Below are positions 36,510-50,019 of a stretch of 64,000 nt of DNA, one piece after another. The DNA lies in NCBI RefSeq assembly GCF_036321535.1, contig NC_087436.1:68388001-68452000 (forward strand), written 5' to 3'. The position numbers and the translations under genes are program-made. Position 1 is the stretch's first letter. Each line of letters starts with the position of its first letter. This DNA comes from Camelus dromedarius (lineage: Eukaryota). Under the pieces are notes generated by a model. That model worked only from the letters and a program-made list of their open reading frames with translations, did no database searches and was not told where the DNA came from.

Positions 36510-37710
36510 GATTCTATGTATTTCTGTAGTATCAGTTGTAATGTCTCCTCTTCCATTTCTAATTTTATTTAATTCTCCTCTCTTTTTTTTCTCAGTCTAG
36601 CTAAAGGTCTGTCAATTTTGTCTATCTTTTCAAAGAACTAGCTCTTTGTTGATCCTCTCTATTGGTTTTCTGGTCTCTATTTCATTTATTTCTGCTCTTA
36701 TTTTTTATTATTTCCTTCCTTCTGCTAACTTTGGGCTTAGTTTGTTCTTTTTCTAGTTCCTTGGGATGTAAACTTGCATTGTTTATTTGAGATCTTTCTA
36801 ATTTCTTAATATATGTGTTTATTCTTATAAAATTTCCTCTCAGAACTGCTTTCGCTGCATCCCACAGTATTTGATATGTTGTGTTTTCATTTTCATTTGT
36901 TTTGAAATAATGTTTTATTTCCCTTTTGATTACTTCTTTGACCCAATGGTTGTTTAGAAGCACCTTTTAAGTTTTCAGGTATCTGTAGATATTATCACTT
37001 CCCTTTTGTTGATTTCTAGTCTCATAGCATTGTGGTTAGAAAAGACAGTTGGTATGAGTTCAGTCTTCTTAAATTTGCTAAGATTTGTTTTGTGGCCTAT
37101 CATATGATCTGTTCTGGAGAGTATTCCATTTGCACTTGAAAAGAATGTGTATTCTGTAGATGTTGAGTGGAATGTCCTGAATATGTCTATTAAGTCTATT
37201 GTTCTAAAGTGTGGTTCAATTCCAATGTTTCCTTGTTGATTTTCTGCCTAGACAATCTATCCATTGCTCACAGTGGAGCACTGAAGTCCCATAATATTAC
37301 TGTATCATTGTCCATTACTCCTTTAAGGTCTTTTATTAATTGCTTATTACATTTCGGAGCTTGGGTGTTAGCTTATATATTTACAATTGTTATATCTTTT
37401 TGATGTATTGACCCCTTTATCATTATATAATAACTTTTTTTGTCTCCAGTTACCCTTCTTGGCTTGAGGTCTATTTTGTCTAATATAAGTATGGCTATGC
37501 CCTCTTTCTTTTTGTTTCTGTTTGGCTGGAATATCCATACCTTCACTTTGAGCCTACATGTGTCTTTAGAACTGAAATGAGTCTCCTATGGGCAGCATAT
37601 AGTTGGGTCTTGTTTTTTAACCTATTCAGCCACTCTGTGCCTTTTGATTGGTGAGATCAATTTACTAACATTTAAGGTGATTATTGATATGTAAGAATTT
37701 ACTACAGCCA
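36510..37710 (-). pseudogene. decayed L1 ORF2p N-terminus (APE-type endonuclease and linker)
   Basis: MAVVNSYISIITLNVSKLISPIKRHRVAE (37622-37710) and [16 protein letters not shown]...[16 protein letters not shown]...[20 protein letters not shown] (36682-36963), separated by stops and frameshifts. Confidence 0.92.
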
Positions 37711-38259
37711 TTCTATCTTTTGCCTTCTTTTGCCTCCCATTGTTTTGTTTCTCTTCTATTTCTGTCTTCCTTTGTAAGTTGGTGGTTTTCCATAGTGATT
37801 TGCCAGTGTTCCCTTTTTTCATGTTTTGTATCTCTGCTCTAGATTTTTTTCTTTGCGGTTTCCATGAGATTTACATAAAATCAGCTCATAGATAAAATAA
37901 TCTTTTTTCTGCTAGCAATTTCTCTTATCAATTTCTGATAGAAATTTCTCTTCATTCACCTATAAAGATTCCATCCTTTTACTGTTCCCCTTTTATATTT
38001 TTGATATCACAAGTTATCTCTTTTCATGCTGTGATTTTGTTACCAAGTTGTAGTAGATATAGGTATTTTTATTGCTTTTTTCCTTTAATTTTTATGCTAT
38101 AGTTGAATTTAATATACTATTCTTAAAAAGTTACAGTATTCTAGTTCTGACTGATGACTTATTACCTTAATCAGAGTTTTGTGCACTTTTATCTTTTTAT
38201 TTCAACTTGAAAAGCTCCTTTCAACATTTCTTGTAAGGCAAGTATAGCGGTGGTAAACT

Positions 38260-38950
38260 CCCTCAGTTTTTGTTTGTCTGAGAAAGCTTTATTTCCCCTC
38301 ATATCTGAAGGATAACTTTGCTGGATATAGTATTCTTGGCTGAAAGTTTTTTATCTTTCAATATTTTTAATATGTCATTCCACTCTTTCCTGGTTTGTAG
38401 AATTTTTGCTAAGGAATAGATAATTGCCTAATGGGGGGGTACCTTTCTAGGTTACTGTCTTTTTTCCCTGACATATTTAAAGTTCTTTCTTTATTATTGG
38501 CTTTCAATAGCTTTAATATAATGTGTCTTGGTCTTTTTGCATTGAGATAATAAGGTGTTCTATTAGCTTTGTGGACTTGTATATTCAGTTCCTTCCCCAG
38601 GTTTGGAAAGCTCTCAGTTATTCTTTCTCTAAATACACTCTTTACTCCCCTCTCCCTCTCTTCTTCTGGGATACCCATTATTCCTATGTTCACTTTTCTA
38701 CTGGAGTCAGATAGTTCTCATAGAGTTTCTTTATATTTTTAAAATCTTAGTTCTCTCTCCTCTCCCATCTGAATAATATCTGTATTTCTATCTGTGTTTA
38801 AGCTCACTAATTTTTTGTTTAAGCTCACTGTGTTTAAGCTCACTCTTTATATGATCTGCTCTATTTCCAAAGCATTCTAATGCATGCTTCATCTCACTGA
38901 GTTCTTCAGCTCTAGAATTTTTGTTTCTTTTTTAGAATGTTAATCTCTTT
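38260..38950 (-). pseudogene. decayed L1 ORF1p
   Basis: ORF 38409-38693 NIGIMGIPEEE...ITESFPNLGKELNIQVHKANRTP...RPRHIILKLL is typical of the ORF1p RRM region. Confidence 0.85.
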
Positions 38951-41034
38951 GGAGGACGCCTCCTGTTTGTTAATTTTATTCCTAAGATCATCATATTGCC
39001 TTTGTGAGTTTCCTTGTAGCTCACTGAACTTTTTCAGAACAACTATTTTAAATTTTTTATCAGTTAGAGCATATTAGGAGCTCTCCTTTTGTTTTTCAGA
39101 AGGTGCTGCTATAGCTCAAGTTTTTGGTTTCTTTTAGGGACAATGACTTAATACTAAGGTTGGAAGTGTGTGCATTAAAAAAAAATAGTGTGGCCACAGA
39201 GCAGGGGGGTGGGTGTACTTAGCACTTGGGGTTTTGGTTATGCCCATGGACTGGTAGGTTGGTCCTCAAGTTGGGGGATCTCAAAGGTATGTGGGTGGTC
39301 CTCTTACCTCCCGGGGCAGACAGCAGGAGACAATTCCCTTCAGTTCCCTTTGTCTGCCTACTTCCCTTTTTTCCTCTCCCCCAAAGTCAATGTGGTCCCT
39401 CCTCAGGGAGAGCAACTGGTGCCTACAGCTATAGCACACATGGCAAGGCAGACCTCCCCACTCACCACCTTCACCCTCCACCTCGTCTGCCAGAAAAGTC
39501 CTGCTGCCTCACTGCCACACCAGCCACTGCTTTCTCTGCCATCACTGCCTCTGCCACCACTAATTCCCCTGCCACTTCCCTTGCTCTGCCACCACCTCTG
39601 CCATCCGATCCACCCGCTTTCAGGTGCACAGACGGGTGAATTTCTAGGGTTTCCTGGTATGCTGTGCAGAGGCACTTTTTTTTTCCGTTATGGATGTCCA
39701 ATTAGTTGTAAATCAAAGATGATAGAGAAAAAAAACACTAACATGATGCTGACATCACTCCTCAAGACAGATTTCTTTACACTATAATGTTTCAAAAACC
39801 TAGGTATAATCATAAATACAGTGTATATATTTGATATACTTAAATGTTTTTTTTTCCTAAAATGCTCGTTTTAAATTGATGATGCATCTTATAGTAGCAT
39901 CTTAAAAGTGAGCATTAAAAACATTTTAATGTAAAAAATGCCCAAAATGTGACTATTACAGAACATGCTATTAGTGCTGTTGACCAGGGAGCCCAAAAGA
40001 GTTTTGCTATATATCACTGACAAATATAAAGCTTGAGGTATGATTGTGTCATCAATATCACAACTCCCTGTGTGCTGACTGATGTTTTAAACCAAAAATT
40101 TCACACTTCAAGAAATTGACTTGATGTTGGATATTAGCCTACAGATACACATCAATTTCAATACATGTATTATTGTATAACCCATTTGTGGAAAAATGTT
40201 TATGTGGAGTATAAGCAGACGTTCATGTTTAAATGAAATCTAGTGTCCACCATCTCCATGTCAATAGCAAGTAACAAGGTAGGATTCTTCTTCCTTTAAT
40301 ACATTTTGAAAAAAATTTATAAGCCATTACTGTTTATTTTTGACTTATTTGATAACTGGTGAGGAACCTGGGTAAATCAGTAACTTAAAAAACAAAGTAC
40401 ATGGGTAATCAGCTAGGCTGACAAAACTCAGGATTTATACTTACTTTGGAGTAAAACCTTAAAGAAGTATGATACTTCATCAAGTAATCACACCCACATA
40501 TTTTCAAAAGTAAAAAACTTCCAAACAGTTGTTCTATTCTAAATATGTCTATAGGTCAACAAACCTTGTATTGTTTCTTAAAGGTTGTTTCTATTTATCT
40601 TGTGTGCTAAAACTATGTTTAAAAGATTGGAAGAATTGTCCCTAAAAAAATTGACTGAACAAGACAACTAAGCCTTTGCAGCTCTCAGCTCCCTTGACTT
40701 TGAATGTAAACTTCTTTATAATGCATCAGGCTTATGAACAGGTGGTAAGGAAACATGGGTGAGTTCCTCAGGGAAAGGATACTAGTTATAAATGGAAAGT
40801 GCTAGAAATAGGGTAAGCATAGTCTAACTAAATAAATGCCAGCCACAGGGAAAACAAGGGAAATATCGCTGCCTTATTATAAGGAGAGTTTCTAAGAAAA
40901 CTGAGAAGGACCATTAAGAAAATTGACTGAATTCTGTTGCTGCAGTTATGGCTAATCTCTAAAGAGGAGCAGTCAAACTGATGTGACAACTTTTGGCCTC
41001 TCTCCATCTGAATACCTACCATTAGCTTTTAACA

Positions 41035-41265
41035 CCAAAGTAAAGCCAGAACCAAACTGCCTGAGTTTGAACCCTGGCTATGCCACTCTCTAGCTGTGTG
41101 ACCTTAGGAGAATTACTTACCTTCCCTCTGCCTCAGTTTATTTATTTGTAAAATCAATAGAAATATATTATCTATCTCATAGAGTGAGTTAAAATAGATT
41201 AAATAAGTTAACATATGTTAGTGATTACACTGGTGTCTGACAAATTCAAAGCTCTAAGGTTTTCT
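41035..41265 (+). mobile_element. MIR
   Basis: aactgcctgagtttgaaccctggctatgccactctctagctgtgtgaccttagg...tgcctcagtttatttatttgtaaaat. Confidence 0.85.
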
Positions 41266-41759
41266 ATTGTTAAATGTATAAATGTTTTGTTTCTTCACTT
41301 TTTGCTTCAATTGGTATATTCTCTCCTAGTTTACCAGTGTTTCTAAATCAGCAACCATTCATTCATATCTACTCTGTAAAGCAACGAATAAGTAATCTTT
41401 TGGAAACATAATATATATAGCATGGTCATACCTTGAAGTACTAATCTAATTGTATTCTGAGTACTTCCCTCCCCCTTTCTCTTACTTGCAGCCAAAAATT
41501 TTTGTCATGAAATACACTAAAGAGATCCAAATAAGCACTTAGTACAAGTACCAGAGGAGGATTCTATATGGATTTAAAGTATTTCCAAAAGACTAGCTAA
41601 GACTGAGTAGCAGGGGAAAGAAGAAGGAGTGTTTCAAACAGGATATAAAGGAGGGGCCAGAGGGATGAGAAGTCCAAAGTAGGAGGGAGACCAAGAACGT
41701 TCATCACAGATGAACAAAAAGCAAAGAGAAATGGCTGCTGAAGACAGGCTGTTCTCCAG

Positions 41760-42290
41760 CATGGACTACCCCTTCATTATCCCATGAGGCCTCTGTCCTG
41801 GACCCCACACTTTAGAGGACCCCTTCCCTGACCCTCTTTCAGCTGTGCCCCACCACCACCAGCAGCAGGGAAGGAACCTGTGAACCCGACAGGCTATGCA
41901 CACATGGAGCCTGGACCTCTCCCCCCTTTTATACCATATTCCTCATTGCCCCTAAGCTGCTTGCAGGACTGTACCAGCCTCTTCCCCAGGTACTGCTACT
42001 AGTGTGGTCAGCTCTAGACCCAAGGGGTGACCACAGGGAGTGTGGGCATGCATATGGCCAGAGCTTGGACTTGTGGGCTGAGGTGTTGATAGGAGGGTAC
42101 GTGAATCTCCTCATGATGCAGGATGGAGCTGGGAGTGGGGCAAGAAGGCAGGGCCCACTGCAGACCAGGGCTTCGTCTATATCCTCTCTGGCTGCAGGAT
42201 TCTGGAGTGGAACTCCAGGGTACAAGAATTCTAAATTAGAATCTGGCCTCATAGGTCACACTGAAGGTATATGTGTCAAAATAATATGAC
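41760..42290. mobile_element. probable hAT-Tip100-type DNA transposon fragment
   Basis: aagaattctaaattagaatctggcctcataggtcacactgaaggtatatgtgtcaa resembles a recalled MER115/Zaphod-type motif; family uncertain. Confidence 0.45.
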
Positions 42291-43374
42291 AGACAGATGA
42301 ACGGATAAAGAAAATGTTTTCTATATAACGTTTTAGCCATACATATATATAAGGGCTCAGTGACTTCATAACGGTTAAGGTTCAAACTTGGTTCGTCCTA
42401 AAGGGGAACAGAGAGAACCATCTCTCGGGAATGGGATCCAGGAGGCTGGGATGCCTGTTCCTTAATTTATTTCATAAAATACAACAGTTAGTCCCACCAT
42501 AATCCTATTATGGTCTCCCTGTACAGAAGACCTACTGGGAGAACAAATGATGAGCATGATATTAGCTGGTTTAATAGATTCGCGGCATCAGACTGGACAG
42601 CCTGTTGTATTTGTCTCCACAGAGAGGTTATTCTGCAAGACCTAAGCCTCCTTTTCCCTGGTCAATGCTCAGGTGAAGACCTCCAGCCCCTGCTGATGGA
42701 TATTCCCCTTGTCTATGCTTCCACGGCTGACCTGCCTCCCCTTACGTGTGGCATATCCTTTGTTATATATATGTGTTCACTCCATCACGCTACAATTAAT
42801 TCTAGGAGGCCTGGGACTCTTTGACTTACGTTGACTTTGCCTGTTTCTACTATAATCTATTATATCTGTGTTGACTTTATAGATTAACATGAGAAGGGAA
42901 ATATTATTTTCCAAGTTCCAGCTGAGGAATGAGAGAGAGAAGTAACTCCTTACACGACCCCTCTACTGTCAAATAGGTAACACATGCATACAGTATACGT
43001 GTATATCTGCAGATGACACATTCACCACATGTATACACATAGAACAAAAACCTGCTAACTTTAATTGCTCTAATATACATCGAGAAGAATATTTTGTTGC
43101 ATTTGACATTGAGGCTCCCAAGTGATTAATACTGAATTTATGTAAAGTTGCAACAACTAACTTTCAAAAGGAAAAAACATTACAGCTATCATAAATGGTG
43201 TGTTAATAATTATAAAAAGCCATAGATGGCTTTATAAGTAGCAAATTGCAATTAGAACACTAAATAAAAATAAAACCACTGTAGGAGAAGCCAAGGCATT
43301 TAAGCAATTATTTAAGTGCAGTGATGAGTTAAGTGTAGCTCCATTATTTAAATGTAGCCCACATGAAAAATAAT

Positions 43375-43880
43375 TTTAAATAACTTTAGCTAAAAATTTC
43401 CTGGTGCTTTCTATGTGCCATGCATTTTATGTATATTGCCTTTTATTTAATTCTCACAGTTCTATGATAGAAATGCCATTTTCTGTATTTTTCCTGGTCA
43501 GAAAACTGAGGCAGTATTGCGAAAAGATGATGTTTCAAGTGCTTGATTCAGACTATTTCAGTTTAAATTATGTCTCCACCACTTATAACTGCTATAACTG
43601 TTGTTAAGCAAATTATTATCCTCTTTGTACTCCAAGTTTCTCTTTGGTAAAATGAGATAATATCTGTAACCATCTCAGAACTTTGTCATTCAAGATACAA
43701 TTAGATTAAAAGATAAAATGGTGAAATAATTAGTAGAACATCTGGCATATAATATGTACTTGAGAGATGTTTGATATTATTAGAAAAGTTAAATAGCATT
43801 CATGAGATCACAAAACCTGCAAGTTACAGGAACAGGAATAGGACCCATGTCTGTTTCATTCAAAATGCCATGCTGTTGAT
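43375..43880. mobile_element. MIR (minus) interrupted by a second MIR (plus, about 43512-43785)
   Basis: ctatgtgccatgc...tttaattctcacag...gaaaactgaggca | plus-strand MIR core gtaaaatgagataata | gaaaagttaaatagc...agatcaca. Confidence 0.65.
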
Positions 43881-44039
43881 CTCTAAACTCTAAGGCATTT
43901 GTTTACTGAACAACTGATGAGGTTATATGAAATGATTTATAAGAATCCTGAAAGTCTATTATTCTTCTTCAAAGGACTCAAGATTATTTTCAGATTTTTT
44001 TCCCGCACCTGCTCCCCTCCCCTCCCAAAAAAATCCATG

Positions 44040-44702
44040 TCTGTAAGAGAAGAAGGGAAGTGACAAGGACCTGTGTTTTCTATGGGTAGAGTAGACGCTG
44101 CAAACAGTAACCCAGCTTGAGGTGCCTGGCTGCATCCTGCCCTAGAGAGTGGGTGGCCTTGCAGGAGAGGGGGCTCTAGCAGGAGGCAGTTAGCAGGGGT
44201 ACCAATGTGGGTAGAGCGGGAGCTGAAGTGGGGCTGCCCAGTGACAATCAGGAGTCAAGAGAGGACACAGAGTACTAGCCAACTGAAAAAACTTTTGTTC
44301 CTTTTCTGTAATTCTTACCTCCCTCTGCCCCGTCCCCCAGCCCCCAGCCCCACGCCCCCGGCACTCTCCCAACCCCACACACCAGTGCTGGGGCAAAGTG
44401 ACAGACTTGGAGTTGGGGACTGAAAACAGACCATGCTCCCCACCCCAAGGCATGTCCCACCAGAGGTCAGGCCAGGGCTGGAAAAGGGAAATGGAGTCAG
44501 ACAAGAGAGCAGACTTCTAAATTAGTCTGAATTGGATACTTTTATACCCTAGAATGGCTGGAAAGTTATGGAATCCCACGAAAAAGTCATTAAGGAGAGA
44601 AAAAGAGAGAATCACCCATAGAGGGGAAGGCACTAGCTGGACAAAAGCAAAACTGTTTCATGCTGGAACTCCACCAAATTCAGGCCATTTAATTAACTGA
44701 TG
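44040..44702 (+). mobile_element. MamGypLTR-like Gypsy LTR remnant
   Basis: ggaaagttatggaatc...gtcattaagg...aaaactgtttcatg...aattcaggccatttaattaac resembles the recalled MamGypLTR 3' part. Confidence 0.5.
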
Positions 44703-44734
44703 GGATAATGATATAATTTTCCTAAATGATCAGG

Positions 44735-44862
44735 GTGTTTCTTTGCTTGATGTTCATATCTCCCACTAGACTACCAGCTCCGTGGAGGCTTAGGGCTACT
44801 TACCCAGGAGCAGCTCAGCACGGACACTCAGTGCACTCACATCAGTATTTGTTAAATAAATA
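44735..44862 (+). mobile_element. L2 3' end
   Basis: atctcccactagactaccagctccgtggagg...cagtatttgttaaataaataaa. Confidence 0.65.
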
Positions 44863-45664
44863 AAAGGATCTACAGAAATGAACTCTCTTGAATTTTCATT
44901 TAAAATTCTCAATAGCTCAGAATAACCCAAAAAAAAATGTGCTTTGTTGCATTCACATATGAAAAATACCATAACTATCAGATTAACCAATTAAAAAATT
45001 AGACTTCGAGGCATGAAAAAATTTTTGAATCAAAAAGAGAAAGAGAGAGAGAAAGGAGAGAGAATCTTCTGTCTAAGGATTCCTCTCCTCTGGGAATGTT
45101 ATTTTAAGTATAAGTTTGATGTTCCTTGGAAGGAGAGGACTGGAAAAACAACACAGAATCAGTCTGAGGGGAAAGAAGCCTCCAACAAGTAGCTGTTACT
45201 TGTTCCAGAGAAAAGGCAGATGGGGTGGGAGGTGGAGGGAGTAACTTTTTCCTATACTTTCCTCTTCTCGTTATAATGCCTCTCAAGGTGATATTTCATC
45301 CCAGAGTGATCGAAGTCCCTGAAATTTCAAGAACAGGCAGGCCTTCTTTTACAAGCAACAGTAAAAAATTTTGAGCAGCTAAGCATGTTACCAGGGAATT
45401 AATAATAAATCTGTACAGATTGATATTCCCCTGAGATAAAAGGAAAGAGAAAATATTAAAAAACTGATGCTTTTGGAAAATGAAAAATTAATGGGGTGTA
45501 TATCTCTCCAGGGAGGGAGGGACACAGCGCTTGCTTTTACCCCTGAAATGGAAGCCTGCCATGTGGGCTAACGGGCAAGGCCCTGGTGTCCCAGCATGGA
45601 TGCCCTGAGAGCAATAACACTGACCCAACCGAACAGCAGGGTGCCGGTGCCCAGGAAAGAGCCC

Positions 45665-45845
45665 AGCAGACTTGGGTCAGAATGCCAGTTCTATCGCTCA
45701 TTAGTTGTGTGACCTCAGGCAAGTAATTTAATGTCCTTGAGTCTCAGTCTTTGCACAGAAAATGGGGATAAATACCTACTTCCTAATGTGAGGAGAATTA
45801 AACAGGAGCACATGCATACTGACTAGGATCTAGTAAGGACTCACT
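45665..45845 (+). mobile_element. MIR
   Basis: cagacttgggtcagaatgccagttct...agttgtgtgacctcaggcaagtaatttaa...tgagtctcagt...aaatggggataa. Confidence 0.85.
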
Positions 45846-46104
45846 TGAGAAGTTCTTAATTCTTTTCCCATGATGTGCTATATTTTTCTACTTGATTTAA
45901 TCTTCATCCAAAAGAGCCTCTTTACTCCACACAAACTGCCTACTAACTCACACACTACTCTATTTTAATAACAATTCAAGGTCTATGACCCTAGGACATC
46001 ATTTTTAGCCCATTTTATCATATCAGATTGCATAGACATCAGTTCCTTAAAAGTACTGATCATGTATCTTTGGATTTCATCTTCTTCTACCAACCCTGCA
46101 TTCA

Positions 46105-46243
46105 CACTGTCATTTGTCACCAGTAGATTGTAAGGCTGTGAAGTCAAGGTCTATATTTTTTCACTACTGTACCTCAGTATCCAATACAGAATCTAACACT
46201 TTGTAGGTACTCAGTAGATATCTGTTACCTGCATGGATAAATG
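46105..46243 (+). mobile_element. L2 3' end
   Basis: cagtagattgtaagg...tcactactgtacctcagt...gtaggtactcagtagatatctgtt. Confidence 0.75.
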
Positions 46244-46244
46244 T

Positions 46245-46668
46245 AAGATATATTCAACAAGACAAGCTAATTGCAGTTCAAATAACCTCAATTCCCAGTG
46301 TCTTAGGCCAATAAATGCGTATTTTTCATATATTCACAGTAGAATGTGCATCAGCATGGGACTGTGCTCTGCAGAATCATTCTGACACTGAGATCTTTAC
46401 ATCTAGCATTTCCACTTCCTCCAGGCCCCTCCAAATCCTCCACTGAATCTTCCATATCCAACCAGCAATTTAAAAAAAGAAATCCAATAAGAAGAATTTC
46501 CAGGGAGATTACAGGGGCCAGGTCCCAAAGTGACATCCATCACTTCCCCTCACATTCCATTGGCCAGAACTCAGGCATATGGGCCCATCTACCTGTAGAG
46601 GAAATTAGAAACTGTAATACCACTGTGTCCCCATAAGGAGAAGAGGCACTCTAGCCAGTATCTCTCAC
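46245..46668 (-). mobile_element. old MLT1 (J/K-like) LTR
   Basis: aaataacctcaattcccagtgtctta, catcacttcccctcacattccattggccagaactcaggcatatggg, gaaactgtaat. Confidence 0.65.
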
Positions 46669-46912
46669 TTAACAGGTCCATCCATATCTGTTGAGGGACT
46701 AAATGACAAGCATTAGGAATTGGACAGACAGTTGTCATCAAGCAATAAGAGCCCAGGTTTGGGAACAAGAGTCTAAGAGGCAAGTAGGCTGGGGAGGAAA
46801 GGAAACAAACAAGGTAGAAGAAACCAAAATCCACCTCTGGATTCCTTATTCCCTGCAGGCCAACTGGCAGATTCTAGAAAGGCCATGCTTCTCTGGAAGA
46901 AAAAGGCCTTAC

Positions 46913-47253
46913 TGTAAGCAGTTTGAGCTGCTATAACAAGATACCATAGACTATGTGTCTTAAACAACAGACATTTCTTTCTCACTGTTCTGGAGGCTGG
47001 AAGTGTGAGATCAGGGTACCAGCCTGGTTGGGTTCTGGTGCAAACCCTCTTCTTGGTTACAGAGGCCATTTTCTTGCTGTGTCCTCACATGGGGGAGAGC
47101 AGAGAGAGAAGCAATCTCTCTCACATCTCTTCCTATAAGGGCACTAATTCCATCATGAGGGCTCCACCCTCATAACTTGATTACCACCCACCTCCAAATA
47201 CCATTACACTGGGGACTGGGCTTCAACATATGAATTTTGAGGGGGACACAGCA
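46913..47253 (-). mobile_element. MLT1A0-like LTR
   Basis: gctgctataacaagataccatagact...tctggaggctggaagtgtgagatcagggtaccagc...ataagggcactaattccatcatgagggctccaccctcat...ttcaacatatgaattttgagggggacaca. Confidence 0.9.
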
Positions 47254-48064
47254 GGCCTTATCCTAGAGGATGGGTACCAGATGCCCTGCATTTATCCAGG
47301 AGGTTGGGGCCTTCATCTCCAGTCATCACCTGGATGAGGCCCCTTTGTCTAAACAAAAATGAGTCTAGTGCTTCCTACACAATTGCCCTGCAGCCCTGCC
47401 CTTGACAAGACCATGACAAAAATCTCTCTCCCTTCTCCCTTTCAGGTTTCCCTTCTCAGCACATTTCCTCCCTGCCAAGCACAGTCATTAGTGCTTCTTT
47501 GTGGGCTTAAATGTAAATTTGTTGTGATTAATTAGCCTCAGAGCTGACTTGGCAGTTATTGAGACATTGGAGAGGGTTCTGGATTTAGTGTTCAGATTCT
47601 TGCACTCTCTGGGATTCCTCTTTCTATCAGCAGCAAAACTTCAAGTTCAAAACTGTCTACGCTAAAAAATGCTTTATGTGTCTAATTAACTATTTGTCAC
47701 TTTGAGGTAAGTACAAAGATAAAATCTCACCATCCTGTGTAAGGTGATGGATGTGTATCTTTTTATAGTGCCATAGACTTGGGAACCAAAGAATCAATTT
47801 CTAGATTCGAGAATAATGACAAAATTGTCTAATATATTAATTTGTGCTGTGACACATTACTCATGATGAAACCTTCCAAATGGTTTCTCAAAATCTTAAA
47901 CCCACCCTGCCGTGAAGTTCTCCTTGGTCTCCACCTCTAGGAACTGATGTGAAAACTGAAGCTGATAATACTTAGCCTAGCAGAGTAGAGCCAAGAGTCA
48001 CAAGAAGATGTGCAGGAAGAGAGTCCAACCAAAAAAATTGAAAACCTGAATTCAGATCTTCCTG

Positions 48065-48650
48065 CTACTAACTGGCTGATTAGGACTCTCAGATATCCAA
48101 CAGAAATGAGCTTAAGTAAAATAGGGAATGTTTCAGCTCAGATAACTGAAAAGTCCAGGGAGTGGGCTTCAGACCCAGCTGAACCAAGGAAGTTGAATCA
48201 TGTTGCCAAGGTTCTGTGTCTCCCCTGTGCTTAGCCTCACTTTACTTTCTGTATTGGCTTTATTCAGCAATGTGTTGGAAGTAGCTAGGGCAGACAGCCA
48301 ATTGCAGCTCCAGATATACCGAGCCTTGCAACGCTCGGTCCCAATAGAATACAGTGCTTCTCTTTCTGAACATCCAAAAGCAAATCTGTACATTAGTCTC
48401 TGACTATCTTATTTGGGTCACGGACCCATCTCAGAACAAATCACTGCAGGAAAGTTATAAAATAATCTGAGTCCTGCAGACTGTGTCTTATACCCCTTCC
48501 TACAGAGGGAGGGGATCAAAACATAGTGGTAGAATTTTTATAACCACACTCAATAGGGAAACATGATCCAAGAAATGAAAGATCAGATACTATGATCTGA
48601 TGCAAAGAAGGGTAGGACAGACAGACAAAAACATTGTTAATTTGCACCAT
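48065..48650 (-). mobile_element. old MLT1 (L/M/N-like) LTR
   Basis: gcttaagtaaaatagggaatgt...ataactgaaaagtccagg, gggtcacggacccatctcagaacaaatcactg. Confidence 0.6.
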
Positions 48651-48824
48651 CACTTATTTAAATCAATACCCTATTCTATCTGAAAAATAGGCATAAGAAT
48701 GTCTCTATTCACTTTACATGGAAGTATAAAGCACAAAAAAGTTCTTTTTCTGAGAAAAGAACTTTGGGGAGAAAATATTTGTTAGATGCTTAAAAAATAA
48801 ATTATATCTCTAAACACTTCTATG

Positions 48825-49697
48825 GATAGTATTAATTGTCATAGACACTTTGGAAAACAATTTTGCACTGTCTTATAAAACTGAATATTCATAAACCTGG
48901 CAACCCAGGAATTTCACTTCTAAGTGTCAGAGACAGAGGTGATCGCAAACATTCCATCTGCTGCCCTGCAGTTCTCACCCTTCCTCTGTTGCATTCGCTT
49001 TGGCCATACTGCTAATTCAGGTAAAAGAAATGTGGATAGAGGTCATCTATCGATTCTGAGATAAGACACTGTGTCCCTCTTACCCTCCTAGGAGGCAATG
49101 GAGGCCTCACATTCTTGAAGACACAGATAATGATGGTGTAGCCTCAGTCAGCCTGGGTCCCTGAGGCTCCCTGACCAAGAAATCAATCTTTGTTGTATTA
49201 AGTCATCTGCGTCTAGGGGTTAATTTGTTATTGCAGCATAATCTGCTTATCCTGTCTGATAAAATCCTCAAAAGAAACATTTGCACATGTACGGGTTGAT
49301 CACAGCAGCACTGTTCATAATAGTAAAAATGTGTATGCAACTCAAATGCCCATTGACATAAGTGATCGATTTTAAAAGATCACAGTATATTTACACATTA
49401 AATATCACACAGCAGTACAATATATTGCTACAAGCAACATTATGCATGAATTTTACCCACATAATGTCAAGTGAAGAAAGCAAGTCCTAGGAGACTACAA
49501 TTTGGTTTGGAGCCCTTTTTTTTTTTTTTTTTTTAGAGTTTAAAAATACACAGAGAAAGATAGATTATCTAGGCATATAGATAATTATGTTTTTAAGCAA
49601 GAAAATGATCACAAAAATCAGGATACTGGTTACTTGGGTTGGTGAGACAGCAGATGGGAGAAGTAGGAACATATGGGCAAATATAGTTATTGGTAAT
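48825..49697 (+). mobile_element. L1ME-like 3' fragment, interrupted by an MLT1 LTR (about 48925-49263)
   Basis: cactttggaaaacaattttgca...caggaatttcacttctaag | aaacatttgcacatgt...cacagcagcactgttcataatagtaaaaa...caactcaaatgcccattgaca; insert ends ttgttattgcagcataatctgcttatcctg. Confidence 0.75.
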
Positions 49698-50019
49698 TGC
49701 AGTGGACTGAATATTTGTGTTCCCCAAAAATTTTATATTGGTTTGGTTCAGTTTTAGGAGGATGAAGATGATATCTGAAGAATGAGACTCAAAGCTGCAG
49801 AATCTTACCAAGGGAACTAATTCCTCCAACTTTCAGTTTTCACACTTTATTCCTCTGTATAGAAGGGACAGCCATTGGCAACATTGGGAAGCTGCTGGAG
49901 TCAGCCTTTGGCTGACCAATCTCCTAAATTTGTGCCCTTTTCCCTTATACTGATCACCCAGCCCCTCACTTTAAAATGCCCCCTTATCTTCATCTTCTTT
50001 CCAGCCACTCATCTGCAAA

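Larger units (their letters stand above)
36510..39763 (-). mobile_element. L1 5' half: 5' UTR, ORF1 and ORF2 endonuclease region, 3'-truncated
   Basis: Minus-strand start gaggagtgatgtcagcatcatg (L1M-type 5' end); ORF1- and ORF2-like peptides in the expected order. Confidence 0.92.

Noticed and set aside
39188..39787. 199-aa ORF and overlapping ORFs
   Set aside because: Lie in the GC-rich, low-complexity L1 5' UTR with no recognisable domain; no support for an ORF0-like product
44174..44190. CTCF-like ctagcaggaggcag
   Set aside because: Mismatch in the core CC, within a decayed LTR; too weak to call
44814..44832. REST/NRSF-like tcagcacggaca
   Set aside because: Half-sites lack the canonical spacing and the site lies in an L2 tail
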